DNA of 64,000 nucleotides from a virus (taxonomy: Duplodnaviria; Caudoviricetes). Made by a program: the position numbers and the translations under genes. The notes under the pieces were generated by a model. It did not search any database. It was not told where the DNA came from and saw nothing but the letters and a program-made list of their open reading frames with translations. This document shows positions 8,577-17,460 of this stretch, piece after piece. Where the stretch lies: positions 96,001-160,000 of the IMG/VR virus record IMGVR_UViG_3300037424_000434; one strand, written 5' to 3'. Position 1 is the stretch's first letter. Each line of letters begins with the position of its first letter.

Positions 8577-10289
8577 ATGAAAAAAGGTTATCTTATCACA
8601 GAATGTTCTCATGATCTAGAAATCAATGAGGATGGAAAAGATGGGAAGAGTTTGTATATTACAGGGATCTTTTCCTCTTATGGTCTTCGTAACAATAATG
8701 GTCGAGTCTATGAAGAAAAGACCATGAAACGTGAAGTAAATAAAATTTTAGAAAAGATCGGAAAATCTTCTTTGTGGGGGGAACTTGGCCATCCACCCTG
8801 TGTTTTAGGGGATACCGAAATTTTGACCAATAATGGATGGAAACAGATACAAGATATTGATGATGACGAAATAGTTGCAACTCTTAACCCCGATACTAGA
8901 TTAATAGAATATAACCAAATCACAAAAAAGGTTATAAATCCTTTCAATGGTAAAATGGTTAGATTTAAAAACAGGCAAATTGATATTGCGTTTACACCTG
9001 ATCATAGACACTTGTTGTTTGATAAGTATGACAAGCCTTATTTTGAAACCACGGATAATATCAAAAATTCGGAAACACTTAAAATAAGAAAATCGTATAT
9101 ACCTAAAACGGGTATATGGTTAAGTAGTGAACAAGATGATTCCACTATAACATTGAAAGGTCTTGATAGTGTGTCTTCATCTAACTACAATCATTCTGTA
9201 GATGTGGTTGTGGATTTGATGACGTATGTAAGGTTTTTTGGTATATGGTTGGCTGAAGGTAATGTCACAAAAAATAACAGAAACCGTGTCACCATATATC
9301 AAAATGAAGGCCCTACTGCCGATATGATTCGGGAAATGTTAAGCGGATTCCCAGAAGAAATGGAATGGGGAGAAACAAATGATAACGGAAAAATATCTTT
9401 TAGTTTATCTGATGGTAGATTGGCACAACATCTAAAACCACTGGGTACATGCTACACAAAATATATACCAGAGTCGGTGAAATGTCTTGGTATAGAGTAT
9501 CTTGAGGAATTGTTGTATTGGTTTGGTCTTGGAGATGGTCGAGGTTTTTTGAATAACGACACAAAAAAAGACATTTTCTCTGTATCAGAAAAATTGGTTG
9601 ATGATTTTCATGAGGTCGCATTTAAATGTGGAATGTCTGCTAGAAAAACGGTTAGTCATTGTACTAACGATTATATTTTTGCAGGGAGAGTTATAGAGTC
9701 AATCAATAAATCTCCTTTGTACCATCTAAAAATATATACAACAAGTCGTATATATACCGATGATAGATTTATGGGATTTGAAGAGGAGGAATACGAAGGG
9801 CTTGTTTATTGTGTACAAGTACCCAATCAAAACTTCTATATAAGAAACAATGACAGTGTATCATTTTTTACGGGTAACTGCCCCGAAGTGAATATGGATA
9901 AGATTGCCATCAAACTTGAATCCCTTGAGTGGCAGGGAAAGGATCTATACGGAAAGGCAAAAATTCTTGATACTCCTATGGGTAATATTGCAAAGACTTT
10001 GGTTAGAGAGGGTAATATTGGTATATCCTCACGTGGCCTCGGAACCGTAGCAGAAGATGGAACCGTCAATGAGGATTATAATCTTTTAACATGGGACTTG
10101 GTGACAGACCCATCGAATAACCCTAGTTGGGTAAAAGGTATATATGAATCAAAGACTTGGGATATGGGTGATCGATTTGGCGAGGCTGTAGTCGAACAAG
10201 AAGAAGAGACTATATCAGAGCAATACGCAAAGAATGAATATTACAAATATATTCTTGAGAATATCAGGAAAATAGAAAAGAACTTGTAA
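8577..10289 (+). CDS. gp21: Prohead protease with a cis intein
   Basis: LYITGIF...NNNGRVY...GELGHPP | CPEV...KAKILDTPMGNIAK...GISSRGLG...WDLVTDPS. Removing the 360-aa intein leaves 210 aa, the size expected for gp21. Confidence 0.92.
   Translation: MKKGYLITECSHDLEINEDGKDGKSLYITGIFSSYGLRNNNGRVYEEKTMKREVNKILEKIGKSSLWGELGHPPCVLGDTEILTNNGWKQIQDIDDDEIVATLNPDTRLIEYNQITKKVINPFNGKMVRFKNRQIDIAFTPDHRHLLFDKYDKPYFETTDNIKNSETLKIRKSYIPKTGIWLSSEQDDSTITLKGLDSVSSSNYNHSVDVVVDLMTYVRFFGIWLAEGNVTKNNRNRVTIYQNEGPTADMIREMLSGFPEEMEWGETNDNGKISFSLSDGRLAQHLKPLGTCYTKYIPESVKCLGIEYLEELLYWFGLGDGRGFLNNDTKKDIFSVSEKLVDDFHEVAFKCGMSARKTVSHCTNDYIFAGRVIESINKSPLYHLKIYTTSRIYTDDRFMGFEEEEYEGLVYCVQVPNQNFYIRNNDSVSFFTGNCPEVNMDKIAIKLESLEWQGKDLYGKAKILDTPMGNIAKTLVREGNIGISSRGLGTVAEDGTVNEDYNLLTWDLVTDPSNNPSWVKGIYESKTWDMGDRFGEAVVEQEEETISEQYAKNEYYKYILENIRKIEKNL
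8799..9878 (+). mobile_element. Cis intein with LAGLIDADG domain in gp21 (360 aa)
   Basis: Starts CVLGDTEILTNNGWK. Block B FTPDH. FGIWLAEG and FGLGDG endonuclease motifs. Ends VYCVQVPNQNFYIRNNDSVSFFTGN with +1 Cys. Confidence 0.92.
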
Positions 10290-10323
10290 GAATCGCGATT
10301 GCATAACTCCTTGTAAACAAAGA

Positions 10324-10360
10324 GAAAACGTGAAGTCAATTAGAATGACTTCACGTTTTC
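10324..10360. repeat. Perfect 15-bp inverted repeat with 7-nt loop
   Basis: GAAAACGTGAAGTCA-attagaa-TGACTTCACGTTTTC between gp21 and gp22. Confidence 0.9.
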
Positions 10361-10418
10361 CTAAATATATGTAGGGATTAAGGCAAAGTTTTACTATTTT
10401 ATAGGGAGGAATTAATTA

Positions 10419-11204
10419 ATGGGTATTAAACAAATTCTTGAAATGCTCGGAGTCGAAAAAATTGACGAGTCCAAGCAAACCGAAATCAAAGATACGCTCA
10501 CAACTATTATTGAAGCAAAAGCACAAGAACTTGCTGCTAGTAAAGTTGAGGAATCTTTGAACGCGGAAAAAACTAAACTGGTCGAGGAATTTGAGGCTAA
10601 ATTCGAAGACTATAAAGAAGATGTCACCTCAAAATTTTCTAATTTTGTTGACGGTATTCTTGAAGAAGAAATGGTTATTCCAGAAAAAATTGTACGATTT
10701 GCTCGTTTGGGTGAATTGTATGAAGACCTTATCGAGCAGTTCAAGGTTCGCCTTGCAATTGATGAAGGTCTGCTTAACAACGAAGTCAAGGAAATGTTGA
10801 AAGAAGCAAAAGAAGAAATTCAACACTTGCGTACTCTTTGTAATGAATCCACTGGAAAAACTCTGGAGCTAGAAAAAGATGCCCGCGAAATGGCCAACCA
10901 CATATATCTTCGTCAGAAAACTGATGGATTGACCGAATCACAAAAGAAATCGGTTCTTGGTATTCTCGAAGGGGCCAGCAAAGAACAGATCGACAAAAAG
11001 TTCGACATTGTACTTGAGTCTTTGAATGTCGAAAGTCAAAAAGAAACAGTTGTTGTCGCGGAAGCGGTTGTAACTGTTCCTGCAAAAGTAGTAGTAACAG
11101 AGTCTGTTACTGAGGCATCGACCACAGTGCAGAAACAAACCCTTGGTGAAAACAACATCATGGACACATGGAAAAGAATGATTCGCGAGAATCGTATCAG
11201 TTAA
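10419..11204 (+). CDS. gp22: Prohead core scaffold protein
   Basis: Acidic helical protein with FEAKF, FSNFVDGILEE and GLTESQKK motifs, between gp21 and gp23. Confidence 0.85.
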   Translation: MGIKQILEMLGVEKIDESKQTEIKDTLTTIIEAKAQELAASKVEESLNAEKTKLVEEFEAKFEDYKEDVTSKFSNFVDGILEEEMVIPEKIVRFARLGELYEDLIEQFKVRLAIDEGLLNNEVKEMLKEAKEEIQHLRTLCNESTGKTLELEKDAREMANHIYLRQKTDGLTESQKKSVLGILEGASKEQIDKKFDIVLESLNVESQKETVVVAEAVVTVPAKVVVTESVTEASTTVQKQTLGENNIMDTWKRMIRENRIS

Positions 11205-11231
11205 GACATTTAATTCTAGGAGGAATGAATA

Positions 11232-12545
11232 ATGAGTAAATACGTTGATCAACTCGTCAAAAAGTGGGACGGAATTCTCGCAGAAGGCGAAAGTATTGGT
11301 AATAAAAAGGTAAAAAAAGCTACTGCTATTATGCTTGAAAATCAGATGAACTATCTGACCGGTAATGCTGGTGGTAGAGACTCCATGAACGAGACTACCG
11401 CTTCCGGTGGTATTATGGGTGGTGGAGATGCATACAGTTCTGATGTGTTTGGCGCTGGTAATGCAGGAGATTATAAATCTAATGGTGAATTCCACAAGAT
11501 CGCTATCCCTATGGTTCGTCGTACTTTCCCCGAGCTTATTGCTCACGACATCGTAGGTGTTCAGCCATTGACTGGGCCTGTTGGTTTGGCGTTCGCGTTG
11601 CGTTTCCGTGCTGATCAATCTTATGCTGGTGTGGCTGGACAAGAAGTAGGGTACAACACTGTTGATCCTTACTACACAGGCGACGGTACAAAACAGTCAG
11701 CCATGGACATGACTCAAGGCGAAGCCCTTGGTTCCCGTGCATCTGACACCACTACTAATGGGTATCTAACTCAAGGTGGATCAGTGCAAACTGCTGGTGA
11801 CCGTGGTATTGGTATCGGGACCGGTAAACAAATCAAAGAATTGAGCATGACCGTTGAAAAAGCCCAAGTAGAAGCGGGAACACGTAAGTTGCGTTCACGT
11901 TGGAGCATTGAGGTAGCACAAGACCTTAAAGCTATGCATGGTCTTGACCTCGAAGAGGAAATGATGGACGTTCTTGCATACGAGATTACGGCAGAAATTG
12001 ACCGTGAACTTATCAACGTTATTCGTAGCGTTGCATCTACAAACGCATCGTCTGCTGTGTGGGATTATGCTGTTGCTGATGGCCGTTGGGAAGCTGAGAA
12101 GTACCGCAACTTCTACAACTTGATTATCCGTAAGGCTAATCGTATCGCAGTTGACACTCGCCGTGGCGCTGGCAACTTTGTTGTTGCTGCTCCTTCCTTG
12201 TGTGCTGCATTGGAAACCACTTCTTCTTTCACTATTCAGCCTGTGAATGCTGACGTGAACACAGCAGTAACCGGTGTTTCCAAAATTGGTTCACTTGATG
12301 GTCGCATGGCTATCTATCGTGATACTTTTGCTACCCTTGATGATATCGTCATCGGCTACAAAGGCCCCAGTGAATATGACACTGGTATCATCTACCTACC
12401 ATACATTCAGTTGTTGGTATCCAAAGCTGTATTTGAAGATTCTTTTAATCCTACTGTTGGTTTGATGAGCCGCTATGCAATCCATCAACACATCTTCGGA
12501 GCCGAGAATTATTACATTCAAGTGGCAGCTCAGAACCTACCTTAA
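11232..12545 (+). CDS. gp23: Major capsid protein
   Basis: IPMVRRTFPELIAHDIVGVQPLTGPVGLAFALR, RKLRSRWSIEVAQDLKAMHGLD.E.E, EITAEIDRE, YLPYI, GLMSRY. Confidence 0.97.
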   Translation: MSKYVDQLVKKWDGILAEGESIGNKKVKKATAIMLENQMNYLTGNAGGRDSMNETTASGGIMGGGDAYSSDVFGAGNAGDYKSNGEFHKIAIPMVRRTFPELIAHDIVGVQPLTGPVGLAFALRFRADQSYAGVAGQEVGYNTVDPYYTGDGTKQSAMDMTQGEALGSRASDTTTNGYLTQGGSVQTAGDRGIGIGTGKQIKELSMTVEKAQVEAGTRKLRSRWSIEVAQDLKAMHGLDLEEEMMDVLAYEITAEIDRELINVIRSVASTNASSAVWDYAVADGRWEAEKYRNFYNLIIRKANRIAVDTRRGAGNFVVAAPSLCAALETTSSFTIQPVNADVNTAVTGVSKIGSLDGRMAIYRDTFATLDDIVIGYKGPSEYDTGIIYLPYIQLLVSKAVFEDSFNPTVGLMSRYAIHQHIFGAENYYIQVAAQNLP

Positions 12546-12574
12546 TAGTAATATTAGGTAGTTAGATTGAATTT

Positions 12575-12607
12575 AAAGGGTGGACTTTCGGGTTCACCCT
12601 TTTTTTT
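12575..12607 (+). terminator. Rho-independent terminator after gp23
   Basis: AAAGGGTGGAC-tttcg-GGTTCACCCTTTTTTTT. Confidence 0.85.
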
Positions 12608-12629
12608 ATTAAGTCATTAGACCAATACA

Positions 12630-12658
12630 TTTACATTTTATATAAATATCTATATAAT
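12630..12658 (+). promoter_or_regulatory. sigma70 promoter TTTACA-N17-TATAAT with a late TATAAATA (12641-12648) nested in the spacer
   Basis: Read directly. Lies upstream of the nuclease at 12678. Confidence 0.75.
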
Positions 12659-12677
12659 AAAAGTATAGGGGATTATA

Positions 12678-13526
12678 GTGTCTAATATCACATCAAAACA
12701 AGAAGCATCTAATAAGTTCAACGAGACTCTATTATTTAAAAAATGTAAACTTCTATCTACATATAAAAATAATAGAACACCTGTTGATTTGGAATGTATA
12801 AACGGTCACATATTCAAGAAAACCCCTTCTGATTTTAGACGAGGGAGTGGGTGTCCTAAATGTTCCGGTAAATGTCCCGAACAGGCTAAAATCAATTTCG
12901 TTGAATTATTAAACAAAGAAGGTTATGATTTGATCTCTCCTTATGTAAAAGCATTATCATGTGTCAGTGTTAGATGTTCAGTTGGTCATATTTTTGATAT
13001 GAGGCCTAATAACTTTAAAATGGGTCATAGATGTCCTAAGTGTGCGGGACTGTGTTCAGAACAATCAAAAGAACATTTTATCATAAATTTAAAAGATAAT
13101 GGATATGAATTACTATCAAAATATATAAACATTTCAACTAAAGTGAACCTGAAATGTCCAGAGGGTCATATATGGAAGGTTACACCTAATGATTTCAAAA
13201 ATGGTAACAGGTGTCCTCATTGTTCTGGTTCTACCGGACAAAGAATGTTACAAGAAATGTTATTAGGTCACATCAAAAGTCCAGTAATCTACAATGACCG
13301 TAAGACATTAAATGGTTTGGAATTGGATATCTATTATCCAGAATTAAATATAGCTATAGAATACCAAGGTAATTACTGGCACAACTTACCAGAAAAAAGA
13401 GAAACAGACAGAAGAAAGAAAAGTATATGCAAAGAAAAGGGTATAAAATTATTGGAAGTATGGGATAGTGATTTTTTAAAAAACAAGGATGTTGTTGTTG
13501 ATAATATAATTAAGGAGATATTATGA
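12678..13526 (+). CDS. Homing endonuclease: three Zn-ribbon repeats plus Vsr/DUF559-like nuclease
   Basis: Three C..GH.(F/W)...CPxC units. C-terminus LELDIYYPELNIAIEYQGNYWH...DRRKKSIC...GIKLLEVWDSDF. Confidence 0.8.
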   Translation: MSNITSKQEASNKFNETLLFKKCKLLSTYKNNRTPVDLECINGHIFKKTPSDFRRGSGCPKCSGKCPEQAKINFVELLNKEGYDLISPYVKALSCVSVRCSVGHIFDMRPNNFKMGHRCPKCAGLCSEQSKEHFIINLKDNGYELLSKYINISTKVNLKCPEGHIWKVTPNDFKNGNRCPHCSGSTGQRMLQEMLLGHIKSPVIYNDRKTLNGLELDIYYPELNIAIEYQGNYWHNLPEKRETDRRKKSICKEKGIKLLEVWDSDFLKNKDVVVDNIIKEIL

Positions 13527-14926
13527 TATTAGGAGTTGTTGATGGTACCTCCATAGAGAAACTTACAAATGGTAGCCAGAAAAAAATTATATTTGAGTGT
13601 GATGTTTGTCATGATAAAGTAGAACAATCATACCGTAATTATTTAAAACAAAATAACGGAAAATTTTGTAGAACCTGTAGAAATACACATACATCCAATA
13701 GACCAGATGTGAAGAAGAAGATATCTGATAATAGTACAAAAATGTGGTTAAATCCCTCTCATAGGAAAAAAATGGTTGAAGATGGTCTTATATCAAGGGC
13801 CGTTAAAAAATCTTGGAATAATGGCAGGAAACCAATAAATAATATTTTTGTAGAGAACACCACAAAAAAACGGGAATTGATTGAATTGGTTAATGGACTT
13901 GGATATGAATATATTAATTCATATATTAGAAAAAATAATGGAACGTGTATTAAAGTAAAATGCAAAGAAGGTCATATAACAATAAAAAGATTGTGTTCCA
14001 TTAGATCAGGCAAAATATTATGTGTTGAATGTTGTAAACATTTTTCTCAAGCAGAACGAGATTTATCTAATTATATAAAATCTCTTGGTTTTGTTGTAGT
14101 GGAAAACGATAGGACAATCATCAAACCATTAGAGTTGGATATTGTTATTCCTGAAAAGAAAATAGCGATTGAATATTGTGGTTTGTTTTGGCATGGAGAA
14201 ACCAAAGGCAAACACAATAAATATCATCTTAACAAATTGGGGAAATGTGAGTCGGAAGGATATCGACTAATAACCATATTTGAAGATGAATGGGCTAATA
14301 AACAAGATATTGTTAAGTCTAGATTGAAGTATATATTAGGTCAAGGTGGGAGAACGGTATATGCTAGACAATGTGTTGTCAAGGAGATATCACCAAAGAT
14401 AGCCAATACATTTATCAACAAATACCATTTACAAGGTTCAACGGGTAGTTCTATTAAATTAGGTCTTCATCACAACGGTGAACTGATTGCTGTTATGACA
14501 TTTGCAAAACCATCAATATCAAAAGGCAAAAAGTCATTTAATGATATATATGAATTATCAAGGTTTTGTTCTTCCTGTCAGGTTGTTGGTGGGGCGTCAA
14601 AATTATTATCCCATTTCAAGAAAAATTATGAATGGAATGAAATATTTACTTTTGCTGATTTAAGATGGTCGGAAGGTAATCTATATAAGCAGATAGGGTT
14701 CAATCACACAGGGGAGACAAAACCTAATTATTGGTATTTCAACACACAAAAACTAGGTGTGAGTAGGAAGCACAGATTTAATTACAGAAAAGACAGATTA
14801 CCATCTCTGTTTGGTAATGTTGATATGTCTATGACCGAATGGCAAATCATGCAGTCTCAGGGATTTGATAGAATATGGGATTGTGGAAACTTACGATATA
14901 AAATAACCAATAATGTGATTGGATGA
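13523..14926 (+). CDS. Hef-like homing endonuclease (Vsr-like domain plus C-terminal YARxC...IWDCG domain)
   Basis: LELDIVIPEKKIAIEYCGLFWH, ITIFEDEW, VYARQC, HLQG, ELSRFC...GGASKL, FADLRWS.G.LY, RIWDCG. Confidence 0.75.
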   Translation: MILGVVDGTSIEKLTNGSQKKIIFECDVCHDKVEQSYRNYLKQNNGKFCRTCRNTHTSNRPDVKKKISDNSTKMWLNPSHRKKMVEDGLISRAVKKSWNNGRKPINNIFVENTTKKRELIELVNGLGYEYINSYIRKNNGTCIKVKCKEGHITIKRLCSIRSGKILCVECCKHFSQAERDLSNYIKSLGFVVVENDRTIIKPLELDIVIPEKKIAIEYCGLFWHGETKGKHNKYHLNKLGKCESEGYRLITIFEDEWANKQDIVKSRLKYILGQGGRTVYARQCVVKEISPKIANTFINKYHLQGSTGSSIKLGLHHNGELIAVMTFAKPSISKGKKSFNDIYELSRFCSSCQVVGGASKLLSHFKKNYEWNEIFTFADLRWSEGNLYKQIGFNHTGETKPNYWYFNTQKLGVSRKHRFNYRKDRLPSLFGNVDMSMTEWQIMQSQGFDRIWDCGNLRYKITNNVIG

Positions 14927-14934
14927 ACTGACGC

Positions 14935-14964
14935 AAAAAGGAGCCTCGAAAGGCTCCTTTTTTT
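14935..14964. terminator. Bidirectional intrinsic terminator between convergent genes
   Basis: AAAAAGGAGCCT-cgaa-AGGCTCCTTTTTTT. Confidence 0.9.
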
Positions 14965-15015
14965 ATGTAATGTTTTTATGGAAATAAATAGTTGTTATAT
15001 TAGGTGTTTAGACGA

Positions 15016-15330
15016 CTAATTCTCAACACGGTCAAAAACTTTGATCATACTGTGATCATAACCGCAAAGATTTTTGACAGCGTTGCCGAAGCGAGAGTCA
15101 CAGGTTCCCGCGTAATTTCCGCCAGACATTACCCAGTCATCCTGATTTTTAACAGGAACTAATCTCATACTATTCATTGGGCCAACCCGTAATTCGACCG
15201 CAGGATAATCTTCACTGGGTTCAAACGGCCCATCAACGTTGATAACAGTAAGACCTTTGGCATATTTGGAAACGCCATTGTTCGTACAGTCCCCGAGTGG
15301 ATTACGGTAGATCGAAAGATGTAAACCCAT
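15016..15330 (-). CDS. Conserved phage hypothetical protein
   Basis: AAGGAG RBS. MGLHLSIYRNPLGDCTNNGVS...MSGGNYAGTCDSRF...DRVEN. The upstream TTG start given in the ORF track lies at the promoter -35 box. Confidence 0.7.
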   Translation of the reverse strand: MGLHLSIYRNPLGDCTNNGVSKYAKGLTVINVDGPFEPSEDYPAVELRVGPMNSMRLVPVKNQDDWVMSGGNYAGTCDSRFGNAVKNLCGYDHSMIKVFDRVEN

Positions 15331-15363
15331 GATTAACTCCTTTGTTTGGTTGATTGTAAATAC

Positions 15364-15392
15364 ACCATACCACAGATTCCTCGACGAATCAA
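15364..15392 (-). promoter_or_regulatory. sigma70 promoter TTGATT-N17-TATGGT with extended TG
   Basis: Read on the minus strand upstream of ATG 15330. Confidence 0.6.
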
Positions 15393-15400
15393 GCACAAAA

Positions 15401-15721
15401 TCAAAATCCTTCGATGATCAATACTTTTTGTTCATCTGTTAGTTTGGATCTACTCCTATCTGCACATTCATATATTGGATATTTTTTTATTGTGACAAAA
15501 ACACAGGTAGCGGGTAGATCGACTTCGTACATATACGAAGCATCTAAATAGTACGTCCAACTTCTCCAACCTTTACTGTTCATCATTTTATACACTGTCC
15601 CTTTATATGCGGGACAGGTTACCTGCTCAAGTTCTATTGGATACCAAAAATAATCCACTCTTGATGTATTATCAGGAGCACATCCAATCACCAACAACAC
15701 AAAAAATATTAAAAATTTCAT
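15401..15721 (-). CDS. Putative lipoprotein
   Basis: AAGGAG RBS. MKFLIFFVLLVIG-C signal peptide II with lipobox. Confidence 0.65.
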   Translation of the reverse strand: MKFLIFFVLLVIGCAPDNTSRVDYFWYPIELEQVTCPAYKGTVYKMMNSKGWRSWTYYLDASYMYEVDLPATCVFVTIKKYPIYECADRSRSKLTDEQKVLIIEGF

Positions 15722-15732
15722 ATTTTCTCCTT

Positions 15733-15948
15733 TTAATATTTTTTCCCAAACAACTTGTTGTATTCGGTCATGTGGGCGATAGAAAAGTCTTCGCATGATC
15801 TATTCTCATCTAACGCATCAAAGTCATAGGCGATGGACCACATACATTTTAGATCAATAAACGAATCAAGATAAGAAACAGCCTCCGCGTGATCCTCTAT
15901 ATTGGCAATCAACTTCACTTCATCCAGAACTTCCTCATAGCTTCTCAT
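15733..15948 (-). CDS. Small acidic hypothetical protein
   Basis: AAGGAGG RBS before ATG 15948. MRSYEEVLDEVKLIANIEDH... Confidence 0.6.
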   Translation of the reverse strand: MRSYEEVLDEVKLIANIEDHAEAVSYLDSFIDLKCMWSIAYDFDALDENRSCEDFSIAHMTEYNKLFGKKY

Positions 15949-15961
15949 GATTCCCTCCTTT

Positions 15962-16867
15962 TTAAATTCCATTAGATTCGACAGGCGTATTTTCAGCCTG
16001 ATTTTTCTTCTTTCTACCACCTCTTGCACCGTAAGCATTGAAACAATCACTGAACTTTTGTTTTTTTCTATCCAAAAACAAAGTAGAATTACTTGAATAA
16101 ATGTAATTGAAGAATGCTTTTAATTTTTCTACCCCATGAACCCTCAACTTAAAAACTTTTCCATACGGTATGATTTTTCCCTCAACACAGCTATACTCAA
16201 CAATCTTTGACAAAACGTCTTCTGTCCCTACAATAACAATTTCACTTGAATATGAATCCTTACGATTATCTTTTGAATAGCTGACACAACCATCTCCATC
16301 AAAATAACCTCTAATGAAATCAGAATAAAACTCCGACTTTAGGTTATGTGGAAATTGATTTGTAAAAGTTTTTCTCTCCGTTAATCCATACTCTAATGGC
16401 GTAACAGAAAAATTACTAAGCGAAACTCGAAGCTGGTAATTCTCTAAACCGCTCATATTTTTACCCGCCTTGCAAATACTTAGGTCAGAACACATCGAAC
16501 TTTTTATCTTTTCAAGTATATCTTTATCAATCAATTTTAACGATACCTGACCTTTTGTTATACAACCGTCAGCACTCAACAATCCCAAAACATAAGCCAT
16601 ATCGCTTGATTGAATTTTAAAATAGTCCTTATTGATTTCAATTCTTGGATTGCCCTGACACCCTCTTGAACAGTAACTTCCACGATTGGGGTTTTGATTC
16701 AATCGCCACTGTGGAATATAAAACTCCCTTCCGCATGATAAACAAGTTTTTAAAATACCACTCAACGGACGACCCCCTTTTTTGCCATTCTCACGAGAAG
16801 AATTTGCTTTTTTATTGGTCTTTATAGAACCTAAATATGACATTGTTTTTTTAATTTCATTATTCAT
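15962..16867 (-). CDS. Free-standing two-motif LAGLIDADG homing endonuclease
   Basis: YVLGLLSADG and FIRGYFDGDG motifs. N-terminal CLSCG...YCSRGC Zn motif and SRENGKKGGRP. Confidence 0.85.
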   Translation of the reverse strand: MNNEIKKTMSYLGSIKTNKKANSSRENGKKGGRPLSGILKTCLSCGREFYIPQWRLNQNPNRGSYCSRGCQGNPRIEINKDYFKIQSSDMAYVLGLLSADGCITKGQVSLKLIDKDILEKIKSSMCSDLSICKAGKNMSGLENYQLRVSLSNFSVTPLEYGLTERKTFTNQFPHNLKSEFYSDFIRGYFDGDGCVSYSKDNRKDSYSSEIVIVGTEDVLSKIVEYSCVEGKIIPYGKVFKLRVHGVEKLKAFFNYIYSSNSTLFLDRKKQKFSDCFNAYGARGGRKKKNQAENTPVESNGI

Positions 16868-16873
16868 ACACAT

Positions 16874-16902
16874 AGTATAACCTATCTGTTAGGTTTTGTC
16901 AA
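16874..16902 (-). promoter_or_regulatory. Near-consensus sigma70 promoter TTGACA-N17-TATACT with a palindromic spacer
   Basis: Minus strand TTGACA-aAACCTAacagaTAGGTT-atact. The final T of the inverted repeat is the first T of the -10 box. Confidence 0.85.
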
Positions 16903-17460
16903 GTCTTTTTTGTAATATCTTGCTGAATAACAGGTGAGTATTTTCATAATATCCTCTGCTAATTCTTCTTCATATTTCTTCTCTTTGGTTTCTATTATCT
17001 CAACTTCAATTTCAAGATTCGTAAAAATTGCATCAAGGTATTCATAACCAAATCGTGCAAGTCTGTCTTTATATTCAATCAATACTCGTTCAACCTTACC
17101 TTCAAAGCACATCTTGATTAACTTGTGTATGCCGTTCCGCTTCTCATTTATGCCGCTGGCAATCTCATCAATCAAAACGTACTTATAATCTTTGGTTTCT
17201 GCGTGTTTTCTTAACCTGTCTTTCTGCCGTTCAAGATTCTCTTTTTGTTTTGCCGTTGAACATCTTGCGTAAATCACAGTCAACTTTTCTTGCTTCTCTT
17301 TCTCGACCCCCATGTAAGCATCTAAATCTTCTTGGCGAAAACGCCGATGCTCACCAGTAGTCTTGAAAGACTTTATCTTTCCGTTGTTAGCAAGCGTCTT
17401 GAGAGTGTTTATTGACACCCCAAGATAATCGCTTGCTTCTGTGATTTTATAGATTTTCAT
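16882..17460 (-). mobile_element. tnpA: IS607-family TnpA serine recombinase (orphan, no tnpB)
   Basis: MerR-like HTH (EASDYLGVSINTLK...TGEHRR), IYARCST.KQKENLERQ, EIASGIN..R.G, IEYKDRLARFGY, ELAEDIMKILTCYSARYY. Confidence 0.9.

Noticed and set aside
10938-11642. 234-aa minus-strand ORF, and the many other antisense or nested ORFs of 60-190 aa in the track
   Set aside because: They lie opposite well-supported genes (here gp22 and gp23), show no motifs or RBS, and are explained as codon-bias shadows.
16882-17460. Complete IS607 element with TnpB/omegaRNA
   Set aside because: There is no RuvC/TnpB ORF nearby and no room for a left end.
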